Shown in pieces: positions 52,743 through 62,373 of a DNA stretch of 64,000 nucleotides. Position 1 is the stretch's first letter; each line of letters starts with the position of its first letter. Under the pieces are notes generated by a model that ran no database searches, had not been told where the DNA came from, and worked only from the letters and a program-made list of their open reading frames with translations. Source of the DNA: a virus (lineage: Duplodnaviria; Heunggongvirae; Uroviricota; Caudoviricetes); IMG/VR virus record IMGVR_UViG_3300006226_000014, positions 24,804-88,803 of that record; one strand, written 5' to 3'. The translations under genes and the position numbers were made by a program.

Positions 52743-54497
52743 CTAAGCGAAAAAGTAATGGATATCATCAGCTGTGTCATATATCACATAGACACTATCA
52801 TCATATCGCTTCAAATAGATAGGCTCCCAACCTGGAAAGCCTTTCATTAATTGAACTGGAACATCACATGCAGCCCACAACTGATCTCTGCTAATTTCTT
52901 CAAAGTTACTATCTTCTGGTCCTCCATCAAAATCATCTAACCTAGCATAATAGCCCATGTCCTGCGCGCACTCAGTTTCATCTTCCCAGGGCAAGTCATC
53001 ATTGATTCCTAATTCACGACAGTCACCAAGATATTGCTTTCGTTTCTTCGGAGGTTTGGGTACTTTCTTCTCATTTCGTAGCTTCTTAAGCTCATTAATA
53101 GCTTCTATGTTCTCTTTAGAATAAGGTTCTGTCTTGCTATAGACATTCATCCAATAGGCTTCGTCTTTTGCTTCTTGTAAGTTTGATACATAATAGATAT
53201 TAGCTCTGATATCTAAAAAGTCATTATGATAAGCATATGCTGCTCTATGATGTCCATCCATTATGCAGTAATAGCCATTCCACTCACACACGTCTATTGG
53301 GTCACAGTTGAAAGTGTCTCCGCCTTCTATATCATCAAATTGACTCCAGTCGTAAGGTTCATCACCATCGCCGTCCATGTCTTGTCGTAATCTGCCAATA
53401 GGTATAAGGCCTGACTTATGTGGCAACTTAGCTCTCACACAATCTGTCCATACTCGATATCTGTCTTCTGGGTCAATATCAGGAAAGTCTTCCCAATCCA
53501 TTTCTGGTGCAAAGTACTTAGTCTTAGGCCGATTAGATTCTTGGAGTGCTCTACGATAGATAGACTCCATTAAGCCAACTTCTTTCCTAGTATCTTCTAA
53601 TGGTTCATTATTGGCTATCTCTTCAGCCTCTTCGTTGTTCTTAACTGCAACATTTGGTTCTTCAATGGGCGGCTCAGCTTCTTGTGGACCTTCAGCTGCT
53701 TCTGTTTCAGCCTCTACTGGTTTAGCTTCAACGGTACTGGTGTCCATTACCGGTAAGTCGTTCTGCTCTGAAGTCGACTGCACCTCGTCTATGTCAGCAC
53801 TGACTGCATCAGCTGCTTTCTCACTCTTGATGCCACCTTGAGATTGCGTTCTTTCATCTGGTAAGCCAGCTGGTTGTTCTGGTGCTTCGAGAGTATCTTC
53901 TTGTGATGTAGATGCAGCAGAGGAAGTCGCAGTTTGAGCACCGCCTAATTGCTTCAATATGTTAGGTATCTCTTTGTCTAAATCTTCAATAGCAGCCCAG
54001 AGGTGCTTACATAATTGTTGTCCTCTAACATTGCCACTGCTATCATGTCGATTAGCCCAAATGTCTTTGCCTTGTTGGCCAGTGAATGGTGAGTACGTGT
54101 TGTCTTTCTTATCGTCTTCTTCGAACATACCCTGCCAATAGAACGCGCCACAGTCACATTGTACTTTAACGTCTGCTTTGTCAAATACTGTCTGTAGAAT
54201 CTGAGCTTGTTGACTATATGGAAGAGTCTCAAAGTTCTTGGGTATGATGTTTGCTATGTTGTAGAAGTGTAGTTGAACAGCGTAACCCTTACTTAGGCCA
54301 GCCATCTCTTGTCCATTGACGCTAAAGTGAACATTGTTGCTTTTGCTGCTTTCAACTTCAAATAAGATATGAAGACTGTTTGGGTAATTTAGTATGCTTC
54401 GGACCAAGTTTGTTGAGCCAGTACCATCTTTGCTAATGGCTTTGTTCGTAATGCCTGACGTTACAAATTGATCTAGACGATATTCTACAAGCTGCAT
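52743..54497 (-). CDS. ParB/Srx-fold (DGHHR) domain protein with an acidic low-complexity linker (584 aa).
   Basis: GYYCIMDGHHRAAYA is the ParB-like nuclease-domain signature. ATG preceded by ACTAACTAAT. Confidence 0.5.
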   Translation of the reverse strand: MQLVEYRLDQFVTSGITNKAISKDGTGSTNLVRSILNYPNSLHILFEVESSKSNNVHFSVNGQEMAGLSKGYAVQLHFYNIANIIPKNFETLPYSQQAQILQTVFDKADVKVQCDCGAFYWQGMFEEDDKKDNTYSPFTGQQGKDIWANRHDSSGNVRGQQLCKHLWAAIEDLDKEIPNILKQLGGAQTATSSAASTSQEDTLEAPEQPAGLPDERTQSQGGIKSEKAADAVSADIDEVQSTSEQNDLPVMDTSTVEAKPVEAETEAAEGPQEAEPPIEEPNVAVKNNEEAEEIANNEPLEDTRKEVGLMESIYRRALQESNRPKTKYFAPEMDWEDFPDIDPEDRYRVWTDCVRAKLPHKSGLIPIGRLRQDMDGDGDEPYDWSQFDDIEGGDTFNCDPIDVCEWNGYYCIMDGHHRAAYAYHNDFLDIRANIYYVSNLQEAKDEAYWMNVYSKTEPYSKENIEAINELKKLRNEKKVPKPPKKRKQYLGDCRELGINDDLPWEDETECAQDMGYYARLDDFDGGPEDSNFEEISRDQLWAACDVPVQLMKGFPGWEPIYLKRYDDSVYVIYDTADDIHYFFA

Positions 54498-54502
54498 ATT
54501 AG

Positions 54503-54925
54503 TTAGTTATGCAGTGGGTCTCTTTTCTTATCGGTGTAAAAGTCAACGACAGCCATTTGATCAGATGAGTCCGTTGGCGCAACCCATAGAGTGATTTGAT
54601 ACGGTTTGAGTTCAGCCTTCTTAACTGCGTAAGCTGTCAATGCAGCATTCTTACCCTTCTTAGATTTCCAATAGAGGCCGTCGTCATCAAAAGTGAGCTT
54701 ACAGTCATCCCATCTAAAGCGGTCATCATATTCTGGATCTTCTTCATCCTTGTCTTTATCATCACCTTCGTGGCTATAGTCGAAGCACGAAAATGATCCG
54801 CGTTTTGGCTCATCACTGTAGATTTGTACGTGATCTAATTCATGCATTTCTTCAATGAGCATCGTATAGAAGCTATTCTCCAATACTTTCTCTCTAAGTT
54901 GGTAGATCTCCTCAAAGCTTTTCAC
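54503..54925 (-). CDS. Hypothetical 140-aa protein with an MKSFEEIY leader.
   Basis: Track ORF. Confidence 0.5.
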   Translation of the reverse strand: MKSFEEIYQLREKVLENSFYTMLIEEMHELDHVQIYSDEPKRGSFSCFDYSHEGDDKDKDEEDPEYDDRFRWDDCKLTFDDDGLYWKSKKGKNAALTAYAVKKAELKPYQITLWVAPTDSSDQMAVVDFYTDKKRDPLHN

Positions 54926-57179
54926 CGCTAATCATCTCCTCTATGTCCTCACGTAATGGCTCACTTAGCATTTGATCTAAGTTGTGATATTGTTCTTTTG
55001 TCTCATTTAGCATATCTGATACACTCATTTCTTTGAGCTTAGTCTTACCAACTCCGCCGAATTCGAGGTTCTTATCTGTTAGTACTTGGAATGTCTCAAA
55101 TAGCGGATTAGCTGTGTTGATCTTAGGAACGAGCATCTCGTGTGAATGTCCAGGTCGACTCCATTCAGTTAAGTTCTGCTCAGCTAACCAGTTGAAGTAG
55201 ATCTCATTGCGGGCTTCTTTGTAGCGCTCGCTTATCTCTTTGAGTCGTTTCATCTTAGCTTCATATAGCGTTTGTTGCTTCTCTTTAGCCAACTTTTCAC
55301 GCAGCATCTTTCGAGTTCGTAGATAGTACTCACGTTCAGCTGCATTCATAGATTCTGGCATTGGTTCAACATCACCGCCACCGTCACCTAGGTCTTCTCC
55401 ACCGCCATCTCCACCTTCGCCTCCAGCACCACCAGACATATCGATGTCCATGTCTCCACCGTCACCACCTTCACCCTCTTCTTCGTCTCCTTCAGAATTG
55501 GCTTTAGCAGCGGCCTTGGCGATCGCAGACAATCTGATCCATCGTTGTAAGTCAGTTGGATCTAAAAATGTGTACTTAGAGAGAATGTCAGCAACAACAT
55601 CTTCAGGAAGTGGTTCACCCTCTTCCATTCCGAGTACGCCTTGAAGCATCTCAATGATGCCATTAGCTAATTCAACTGATGCTGATCTAGCTTCTCTCTT
55701 CTCATCACCCATGTCCTCAGCAGGGAAGCGCATTGACAATACGAACGGTATGTTGTAGTCAAACTCACCGGTAATAGCAAAGTGCAATCTAATAAGTTGG
55801 CCGAGACATTCGAGAAAGGTGGACTGTATTGTGTACACATGTCGAGCAAATGGTTTGTACTGTTCAGTTAGCGCGATGCCGCTATTTCCAAATCCGCCAA
55901 ATTCTTGGTCAAGATAAGACTTCGGAACACCACAAGCAATAGCGACTCTATCCTGATACATCTCTAAGTCGCCAGTAAAGTCCATATCAACTTTTGATTC
56001 GTGTATCTTCATATCTAAGAGCCCTTCAGGCACCCAAACTTTTGTATTGACGGTATACACCTCAAGACTGTTGCTTAATGGACTAACTCCTATGTTCTCA
56101 TAGTCTTCACGTACGCTGTTGACTGTTTCAAATGCTGTTGCTACACCAACGCCTTCCGTTCCTTTGACACTGTAGACCTGCACTGGGAAAGAAGAAGCTC
56201 TAGCTAATCCCTGAAGTGCCATTGTGCTGTAGCATTGTTTGAATGGCGCTAATGCCATAAGTAGTGGTGGATAACCGTATGGAAAGAACTCACTGTTGTC
56301 AGCTTGATAGCGGAAGTGGCTAATTAGCCAAGGTGGAACTATGATGCCATCTGCAAACTCGAATCCGAGTAGTTTGGTGTCAAACATATCGGCAAAGTTG
56401 TCATCGAGATCAGACAATGTGTCTTTTCCGCTGCGTGTAGTCAACAAGTCAACTAATCGGCTTATCTTGCTATTGCGGTTCTTCATCATCTCTTGCTCGC
56501 CTGTCATTTGAGCAACTACTTCAGCCATGTGTACTGCACTGAACTCAAGTCGTTCTTTAAGCATTGGTACTTTGAGAGGGATGATACGCTCTACACCTTT
56601 GTCAGACACTCGATGAGCCCAAAGTGCTTCACCGTATTGTTCTATGTCGTAACAAGCAGCACTGATACGTTGCTGTGTCAATCCCCATTGACTAAATAGT
56701 TCATAACACTTGTTGACGAATGGGATAGATGGGCTCTCTACTGAAAGCAATCTGTTTTGATCATCTAATTGTGTTGCTTCATCTGCGACTAGGCGACATA
56801 CCCTAGATAAGAATGGGTCATTTAGAACAGCAAATCTGAGTTCATTCAGTCGTTGTTGTCGTTCGGCTATATCGCTATAGACAAGAGTTGTCTCATTGAT
56901 ATATGCATTGAAGTACTTATTGAGAGTTGTAGCTAATGGTGCTGATTTGAAGATGCTGCCTAATGCGGCATGCTTAACTCTGTACGAATCATTTGCGACA
57001 TCTACTTTGACTAATCGAATGCCGTTTGCTTTCTCAAATTCGGACTGTGCATCTTTACGTTGCACTCCCTGCCAGCCCCAAAGGCTACTTAATCTCTTTG
57101 AGAAGCTGGACTTAAAGATTTCAGACTTTGGTTTTTGTCCACTAGTATATATTGATTCTTGTAATTGACTATCTGCCAT
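54912..57179 (-). CDS. Large hypothetical protein (755 aa); possibly portal or morphogenesis-related.
   Basis: Long ORF. C-terminal Gly/Asp/Glu low-complexity tract (EGDEEEGEGGDGGDMDID ...). ATG preceded by ACTAACTAAT. Confidence 0.5.
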   Translation of the reverse strand: MADSQLQESIYTSGQKPKSEIFKSSFSKRLSSLWGWQGVQRKDAQSEFEKANGIRLVKVDVANDSYRVKHAALGSIFKSAPLATTLNKYFNAYINETTLVYSDIAERQQRLNELRFAVLNDPFLSRVCRLVADEATQLDDQNRLLSVESPSIPFVNKCYELFSQWGLTQQRISAACYDIEQYGEALWAHRVSDKGVERIIPLKVPMLKERLEFSAVHMAEVVAQMTGEQEMMKNRNSKISRLVDLLTTRSGKDTLSDLDDNFADMFDTKLLGFEFADGIIVPPWLISHFRYQADNSEFFPYGYPPLLMALAPFKQCYSTMALQGLARASSFPVQVYSVKGTEGVGVATAFETVNSVREDYENIGVSPLSNSLEVYTVNTKVWVPEGLLDMKIHESKVDMDFTGDLEMYQDRVAIACGVPKSYLDQEFGGFGNSGIALTEQYKPFARHVYTIQSTFLECLGQLIRLHFAITGEFDYNIPFVLSMRFPAEDMGDEKREARSASVELANGIIEMLQGVLGMEEGEPLPEDVVADILSKYTFLDPTDLQRWIRLSAIAKAAAKANSEGDEEEGEGGDGGDMDIDMSGGAGGEGGDGGGEDLGDGGGDVEPMPESMNAAEREYYLRTRKMLREKLAKEKQQTLYEAKMKRLKEISERYKEARNEIYFNWLAEQNLTEWSRPGHSHEMLVPKINTANPLFETFQVLTDKNLEFGGVGKTKLKEMSVSDMLNETKEQYHNLDQMLSEPLREDIEEMISGEKL

Positions 57180-57184
57180 ATTAG

Positions 57185-57940
57185 TTAGTGAGAAGAGTTA
57201 GAATTGGCATGCAGAGCTTTAGCATCTGAGTTAACCCGGTCAACAGCGGACAATAGTTTAGATGACACTTCAATAGTTTCTAAATAAGTTAAGAATGATG
57301 GCACATCTTTGTTGAAGCAGTGACTGTCATAATAGGGCTTATCTGGATAGACAAAAGTATGTGACGGACCAACTCTCTCGTCTGCAACAAAGAGTTCCCT
57401 AAGCTCGGGATAAGCTACACCTATTTTGTCTGCTATCTTATTGAACTCAGCACAGAATGTCACCTTCATTGCTAAATAACAGTTCAGCATGTATTTAGAA
57501 AGTTCAGCTGTTTCTAATGTTGTAAAGATGCATCTAAATGAACCTGTCTTAACTCGTGAGTAAAGTTCAGCTACTTTTGCAGTATCTCCCCTATTGCCTC
57601 CCAGAATAACGAAATTAGGAGTTGGCGCATGTTGTGTACTTCCATAGTGTTCGGGAGAGAACACAACATTTGGTCCAAGTTTCGCGCATGTTCCAGGTGG
57701 CACTGTTGATTTGACTACATAGATACTAGCACTTATGTTTTGTATCGACTGTTCTACTATTGAAGTATCGCAGCCATTCTTGTGGTCAGTTGGCACACAA
57801 ATGAAGGCAAAATCGTAGTGTCCTTCATATGTGCTGTCTTTTATGAGTGGATCATATATTGTGGGCTTTAAGTTATGGAATTCTTGTTCTATGTGCTTAC
57901 CGACTACTCCATAACCAACTATAAGTATTCGGTAGTTCAT
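57185..57940 (-). CDS. UDP-glucose/GDP-mannose 6-dehydrogenase family protein, truncated (lacks the C-terminal UDP-binding domain).
   Basis: ILIVGYGVVGK Rossmann fold. FAFICVPTD, VVKSTVPPGT, VVFSPEH, FTTLETAELSKYMLNCYLAMKVTFCAEFN and YYDSHCFNKD align with E. coli Ugd [53 protein letters not shown] and GGYCLPKD. Confidence 0.7.
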   Translation of the reverse strand: MNYRILIVGYGVVGKHIEQEFHNLKPTIYDPLIKDSTYEGHYDFAFICVPTDHKNGCDTSIVEQSIQNISASIYVVKSTVPPGTCAKLGPNVVFSPEHYGSTQHAPTPNFVILGGNRGDTAKVAELYSRVKTGSFRCIFTTLETAELSKYMLNCYLAMKVTFCAEFNKIADKIGVAYPELRELFVADERVGPSHTFVYPDKPYYDSHCFNKDVPSFLTYLETIEVSSKLLSAVDRVNSDAKALHANSNSSH

Positions 57941-58782
57941 TAATCGTCAAAATCTTCGTCTTCAAAATCGTCTTCATCTGGACCAAAATCTTCGTCCATT
58001 TGTTGATACCAATCAGTTTCTCCAAGTTCGTCTTCATCATAATCATCTTCGTCTTCTAACTGTTCAAAATCAAAGTCATCATCAAAGTCGTCTTCTTCAC
58101 TTTTTGGTCCAACTATGTTGCCCATATCGTCTAGGCTATCATCATCTAATCCAGCCGCTTTCCATATCTCATGTTGTCGTTCTTCATCAGGATCTATTCC
58201 ATCATCGCTCATCATGCCAGCTTCATCTATATCACAGTATGGACAGTTGCCATCGATCATTTCTTCACCGCACTCTTCACATATTTCAGTTCCTGGCATA
58301 TAGTTATCCATATCTATAAATGCTTGCTTACTTCCGGGTCCAAATTCATCCCAGTCATCAAAACTGTCAGCCATTGCTCTACGCTGTTCTGGTGTTTGAG
58401 CAGCTTCTTTCACTGGTTTTCTAACAGGACGTTTCTTAGATGCAGCTAATGCTTTCTTATCTTTTGCGTTAGCTTTTCGCTTGGCTTCATTTTCTTTTCT
58501 CCAAGCAGCGTCTTCTGCTTTAGCATTTCGTTTTGCAGCGCCTTTAGGATCTTCCTTATTCTTCTTTTCTCGCCATTCATCTTTGGCGCGCTGTGAAGCT
58601 TCAGGTCGTTTGGCTTCTGCTAATATGTTCTCAAATGTTCTCATAGTATTCTCCTTCATGTTCCAAGCTCTAGATAGTACATTCATGGCTTTATTGACAT
58701 ATTCATATGTAGTATCAGGATCATCATAACAGCTGTTAACTGCCTTTGATAGATATTTGTATGCTGTTATTATGTTACTCAT
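57940..58782 (-). CDS. Hypothetical protein with a basic Ala/Lys tract, a zinc ribbon and an acidic tail (280 aa).
   Basis: CEECGEEMIDGNCPYC; the C-terminus is very rich in D/E/F. Confidence 0.5.
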   Translation of the reverse strand: MSNIITAYKYLSKAVNSCYDDPDTTYEYVNKAMNVLSRAWNMKENTMRTFENILAEAKRPEASQRAKDEWREKKNKEDPKGAAKRNAKAEDAAWRKENEAKRKANAKDKKALAASKKRPVRKPVKEAAQTPEQRRAMADSFDDWDEFGPGSKQAFIDMDNYMPGTEICEECGEEMIDGNCPYCDIDEAGMMSDDGIDPDEERQHEIWKAAGLDDDSLDDMGNIVGPKSEEDDFDDDFDFEQLEDEDDYDEDELGETDWYQQMDEDFGPDEDDFEDEDFDD

Positions 58783-58792
58783 AGTATTCTCC

Positions 58793-59329
58793 TTAATATG
58801 ATGGGTTAAGTGACTTATTCAAGCCCTCAATGAACTCATCAAATGAAGCATTAGATAAGTTAAGTCTTTTCCAAGAGGCCAAAAATAGTCGGACATCTTC
58901 TCTAGCAATGCGTAGGTATATGTCTCTTTGATTATCGGCTTTTTCTATTTGGTCTTTCACAGCCATCATACGCTCATTGTCACTTCTAATAGCTTGTAAG
59001 TCATAAGATGGTGGGATATTGATAACACCAGGTAGAGTGTTAACTTGCTGTGGAACATCCCTGCCGTACTTAGTAGATATGTCAGCACTTTCAGCTTGTA
59101 AGTTGATAGAATCTATCATACATTCTTTGTAGATCTTTAAGTTTTGAATTAGATGGCTTAAACTGCCAATAGTTGATTCAATAGCTGTAACAGATGTTTT
59201 AGCAATAGTCGCCAATATAGAGGCATCTTTTTGAGGCAAGTTTTTCGGTGTGTAATATTCAGTCAGCTTATCTTCATTTAACGGTGCTAAAGTTGGCTGT
59301 TCTCGTAACTCATTAAAGTTTGTAGTCAT
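58793..59329 (-). CDS. Hypothetical protein (178 aa from the ATG; the track uses a GTG at 59371).
   Basis: The internal ATG at 59327-59329 is preceded by TACTAACTATT, matching the recurrent start-box. Confidence 0.45.
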   Translation of the reverse strand: MTTNFNELREQPTLAPLNEDKLTEYYTPKNLPQKDASILATIAKTSVTAIESTIGSLSHLIQNLKIYKECMIDSINLQAESADISTKYGRDVPQQVNTLPGVINIPPSYDLQAIRSDNERMMAVKDQIEKADNQRDIYLRIAREDVRLFLASWKRLNLSNASFDEFIEGLNKSLNPSY

Positions 59330-59357
59330 AATAGTTAGTACAAACAAACTAACTAAT

Positions 59358-60746
59358 ATGAATGAACTCACTATACAAATATTAGCACAATTTAAAGAAC
59401 GCCTACAAGCGCATAGACTACGGGAGGGCTTTAAGTCAGCTGATGATTTCAGTGTAGCTCAAGTTGTCTCTCCATCATCGATTACTAAATGGGAAGGCAA
59501 ATCTCATAAGCAGCTATTCAAAGCAGCTAAAGCTAACGATAAGACAGCTCTAGAGTATCTTTTCTATAAGATGGGTGGAGCAATTCAGGCCGCATTTTGG
59601 AAGAACTATTTAGGTCCTAGCGGATCAATTCGTAGATACCGTATACAAGCAGACAGTGCATGGGAACAATGGCTTTCTATCGCATGGATGGCTATGACAG
59701 AAGGTTTCTCTGAGATATACAACACATCATACAAAGGTGGTACAGATGCTTACACTGCCACAGAAGACGACAAGTCAGAACATAAAAGTTCGGGCGCCCT
59801 TGAGAAATTTGATATAGACAAAACGCCAGAGAAGCATTTGCTCAATGTCTTTGCTTCTCGATATAAGAACATTCTTCGTAATGCAGCTATCAATGCCAAC
59901 ACTGCAGCTCGAGTTGGTGGTATGACAGGTAGAGAGATCACCGGCGGCAGTGCTGAGGTGCAAGTTCATCAATATGAACCAACTTGGGCTGAGGATGGAA
60001 AAGACGACACTGACTGGGGTGGAACTGGTGATTATGAATCTACGTCATCTCGAGGCTATAAAGATGAGACCTTCGATATAGCATATGAAGAGGGTGGATT
60101 CAGGGCAGCCGAAAAAGGTGCTGCTGCTGATGCCTTTTTGACTAAATGGAAGCAGTTCTCACAAGATCCAGGTCTACAACAGAATACTAAAGGTGTAACA
60201 GCTGGAATGATCTTTGGAGAAGTCATTGGCAATAAAGATGCCGAGCTTCGCAAGATAGGGGTTAAGTTTGGCATATCGAGAAATAGTGCGCAGACACTAT
60301 TGACTAAAGCTCAAGAAGTAATGACACAACACGCTATCCCGCCAGCTGACTTGTTCGCAGCTATTAAGTACTACGGCAATGAGAAAGTTGCATCGTATCT
60401 ATCAGCAGTCAAAGCAACTGGAGAAAGTCCTAAAAAGACAGAAGCACCTAAAGAACAACAAACAGCTGGCTTTATGGAAGCATTTAGCGCTATTGGAGAA
60501 GATCCAGGATTGAAGAAGCCATCTAAAGCAGGTGTTAGTCGAGGAAGATGCTTATCTGATATGGTGAGAATGAACTTCCCAACAGCTGAAAAGTTAAGTG
60601 ACAAATATGGCATATCAGAGAAAGATGCACAGTGGTGGATCGGGGCAACTAAGAAATTCTTAAAAGGATACGGCATAACAGAGGCTGATCTTAAGAGTGC
60701 GATTAAAGAATACGGTAAGAAAGAGATTTTGACACTAATTAAATAA
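59358..60746 (+). CDS. Helix-turn-helix protein; possibly sigma-factor-like (tentative).
   Basis: KIGVKFGISRNSAQTLLTKAQEVM resembles sigma region 4.2. 462 aa. Confidence 0.5.
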   Translation: MNELTIQILAQFKERLQAHRLREGFKSADDFSVAQVVSPSSITKWEGKSHKQLFKAAKANDKTALEYLFYKMGGAIQAAFWKNYLGPSGSIRRYRIQADSAWEQWLSIAWMAMTEGFSEIYNTSYKGGTDAYTATEDDKSEHKSSGALEKFDIDKTPEKHLLNVFASRYKNILRNAAINANTAARVGGMTGREITGGSAEVQVHQYEPTWAEDGKDDTDWGGTGDYESTSSRGYKDETFDIAYEEGGFRAAEKGAAADAFLTKWKQFSQDPGLQQNTKGVTAGMIFGEVIGNKDAELRKIGVKFGISRNSAQTLLTKAQEVMTQHAIPPADLFAAIKYYGNEKVASYLSAVKATGESPKKTEAPKEQQTAGFMEAFSAIGEDPGLKKPSKAGVSRGRCLSDMVRMNFPTAEKLSDKYGISEKDAQWWIGATKKFLKGYGITEADLKSAIKEYGKKEILTLIK

Positions 60747-60748
60747 GT

Positions 60749-61558
60749 ATGCTGAAAGTATTTGTACCATCTCATAAGAGGCCAGATGCACCATTATTTA
60801 AGATAGCAAAAGGTTTGAATATTGTATTACAACATGAAGAAGATGTTGAACCGTATCAAAAAGCTAATGTGAATAATCATAACATCATATATATTCCAGA
60901 ATTAAGAGGATTGTTAGACGCGAGAAATTGGATATTAGATCAACCCTATGAATGGATCCTTATGATGGATGACGATGCTTCTGAAATTAAAAAATATGGA
61001 AATAAAAATAATTATTCAAAAAAAAAATTTAATTATATAATTACATGGGATGAGTTTATTATAGACTTAAAAAAATTAGTTCTTATATTAGAAAAAAATA
61101 AAATAGGATTAGCTGGTTTTAAGTCATATACAACTTTTAATGAAAATAATCTTTATTTTATAGATGATCAAAATTTATATAATATTACTACTATAAAGTT
61201 TTTTAGAGCTTATTTAATGAATAAATATTTATTAAAATCAAAAAATTTTAAATTCGAAGGATATCCAGATGATGGTGAAAATGGACAAAAAGCATTATGT
61301 GAAGATTCAGATTTATTATATTGGTGTTCTGCAAATAGTGTTAAAAAAGCAATTATAAATTCACATTGTCCATATTATTATGAAGAACAAGAATCTACAG
61401 TTTGGGAAACACATAATTATAAAAAGGAAATGCTTAGATTAGCATATATTTGGTTATTAAATAAATATAAAGATTATCCAAATATAAGAAAAGATATAGT
61501 TCAAGTTTTATTTTATTTTCATAAAGACTATTATAATGAAAGAAAGCGATTCCGCTAA
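60749..61558 (+). CDS. Putative GT-A-fold glycosyltransferase (DxD).
   Basis: KVFVPSHKRPD ... ILMMDDDASEI. Very AT-rich and Lys/Asn-rich. Confidence 0.35.
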   Translation: MLKVFVPSHKRPDAPLFKIAKGLNIVLQHEEDVEPYQKANVNNHNIIYIPELRGLLDARNWILDQPYEWILMMDDDASEIKKYGNKNNYSKKKFNYIITWDEFIIDLKKLVLILEKNKIGLAGFKSYTTFNENNLYFIDDQNLYNITTIKFFRAYLMNKYLLKSKNFKFEGYPDDGENGQKALCEDSDLLYWCSANSVKKAIINSHCPYYYEEQESTVWETHNYKKEMLRLAYIWLLNKYKDYPNIRKDIVQVLFYFHKDYYNERKRFR

Positions 61559-61560
61559 AA

Positions 61561-61634
61561 ATTTGATTCAATTAAAAATAAATCTTATATATTATAATAA
61601 GGAGGAGTAACATGTTGTAAATAGGAGATTATTT
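61561..61634 (+). promoter_or_regulatory. Variant copy of the conserved promoter module.
   Basis: TTGATT at 61563-61568, N17, TCTTATATATTATAATAAGGAGG; ATG at 61635. Confidence 0.45.
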
Positions 61635-61880
61635 ATGGCACATAGTTACAAAAAATTCCCTGGTTTTTCGGATAACGATAATCGCAAGTTCTTTCAGAAA
61701 AGAGCTGCTAATCGGGTAGTCCGTCACACAATGGAAGTTTCAAATGGAAAGGCTTACCGCAAGCTTTATAATCCTTGGAAGATCTGCGATCATAATTGTC
61801 GCTACTATTCTAAGGCAGACGGTTGGAATATGGCTGAAAAGTTTGATTGGGACTTCAACTACAAATATTGGATTAAATAG
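61635..61880 (+). CDS. Hypothetical protein (81 aa).
   Basis: Track ORF; SD AGGAGA. Confidence 0.5.
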   Translation: MAHSYKKFPGFSDNDNRKFFQKRAANRVVRHTMEVSNGKAYRKLYNPWKICDHNCRYYSKADGWNMAEKFDWDFNYKYWIK

Positions 61881-61882
61881 CA

Positions 61883-61938
61883 GATTTTGAACATCTAATC
61901 TCCCTTTCTTATATAATATATGTAAGGGAGATTAAATA
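61883..61938 (+). promoter_or_regulatory. Conserved promoter-leader cassette, copy 4.
   Basis: GATTTTGAACATCTAATCT (identical to copy 3 upstream), TATATAATATA, tGTAAGGGAGATT, ATG at 61939. Confidence 0.6.
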
Positions 61939-62373
61939 ATGGGAAATTCAAAAGAAAGATACACAATCGAAGCTATTATCAATATTCCTGGCACTTATAC
62001 TCGTGCCAATGAAATAATGATTTATCCATTGGAGCAGTTACCGAAGGGCTCACCTAAAGGAACAAAGCCTCAGAGAATTCCCGGTTATCAAATTGCATTG
62101 AAAGTTGATCACCCGGTTACACTCGAATTACAAAAATTAGGTTTTCAATACTTAAAGTTCAGTAAGGGTTATTGGAATCAAAATGGGTATTGGGTAAAAC
62201 CACAACTTAGAATATCAAAAGCAGCTAATGTTTCTACTTCATCGCCTTGTAGATTTCTCTATGAAAAAGGAATGAACTTAAGTTTAGATTCCAAAGATAG
62301 GGTTCGTAAAATTGATAACGACCTCTTTAATTGGGAACTTACAAATCTTGGCGTAAAAGGAATTGATTATTAA
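61939..62373 (+). CDS. Hypothetical protein (144 aa).
   Basis: Track ORF after the cassette. Confidence 0.55.
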   Translation: MGNSKERYTIEAIINIPGTYTRANEIMIYPLEQLPKGSPKGTKPQRIPGYQIALKVDHPVTLELQKLGFQYLKFSKGYWNQNGYWVKPQLRISKAANVSTSSPCRFLYEKGMNLSLDSKDRVRKIDNDLFNWELTNLGVKGIDY

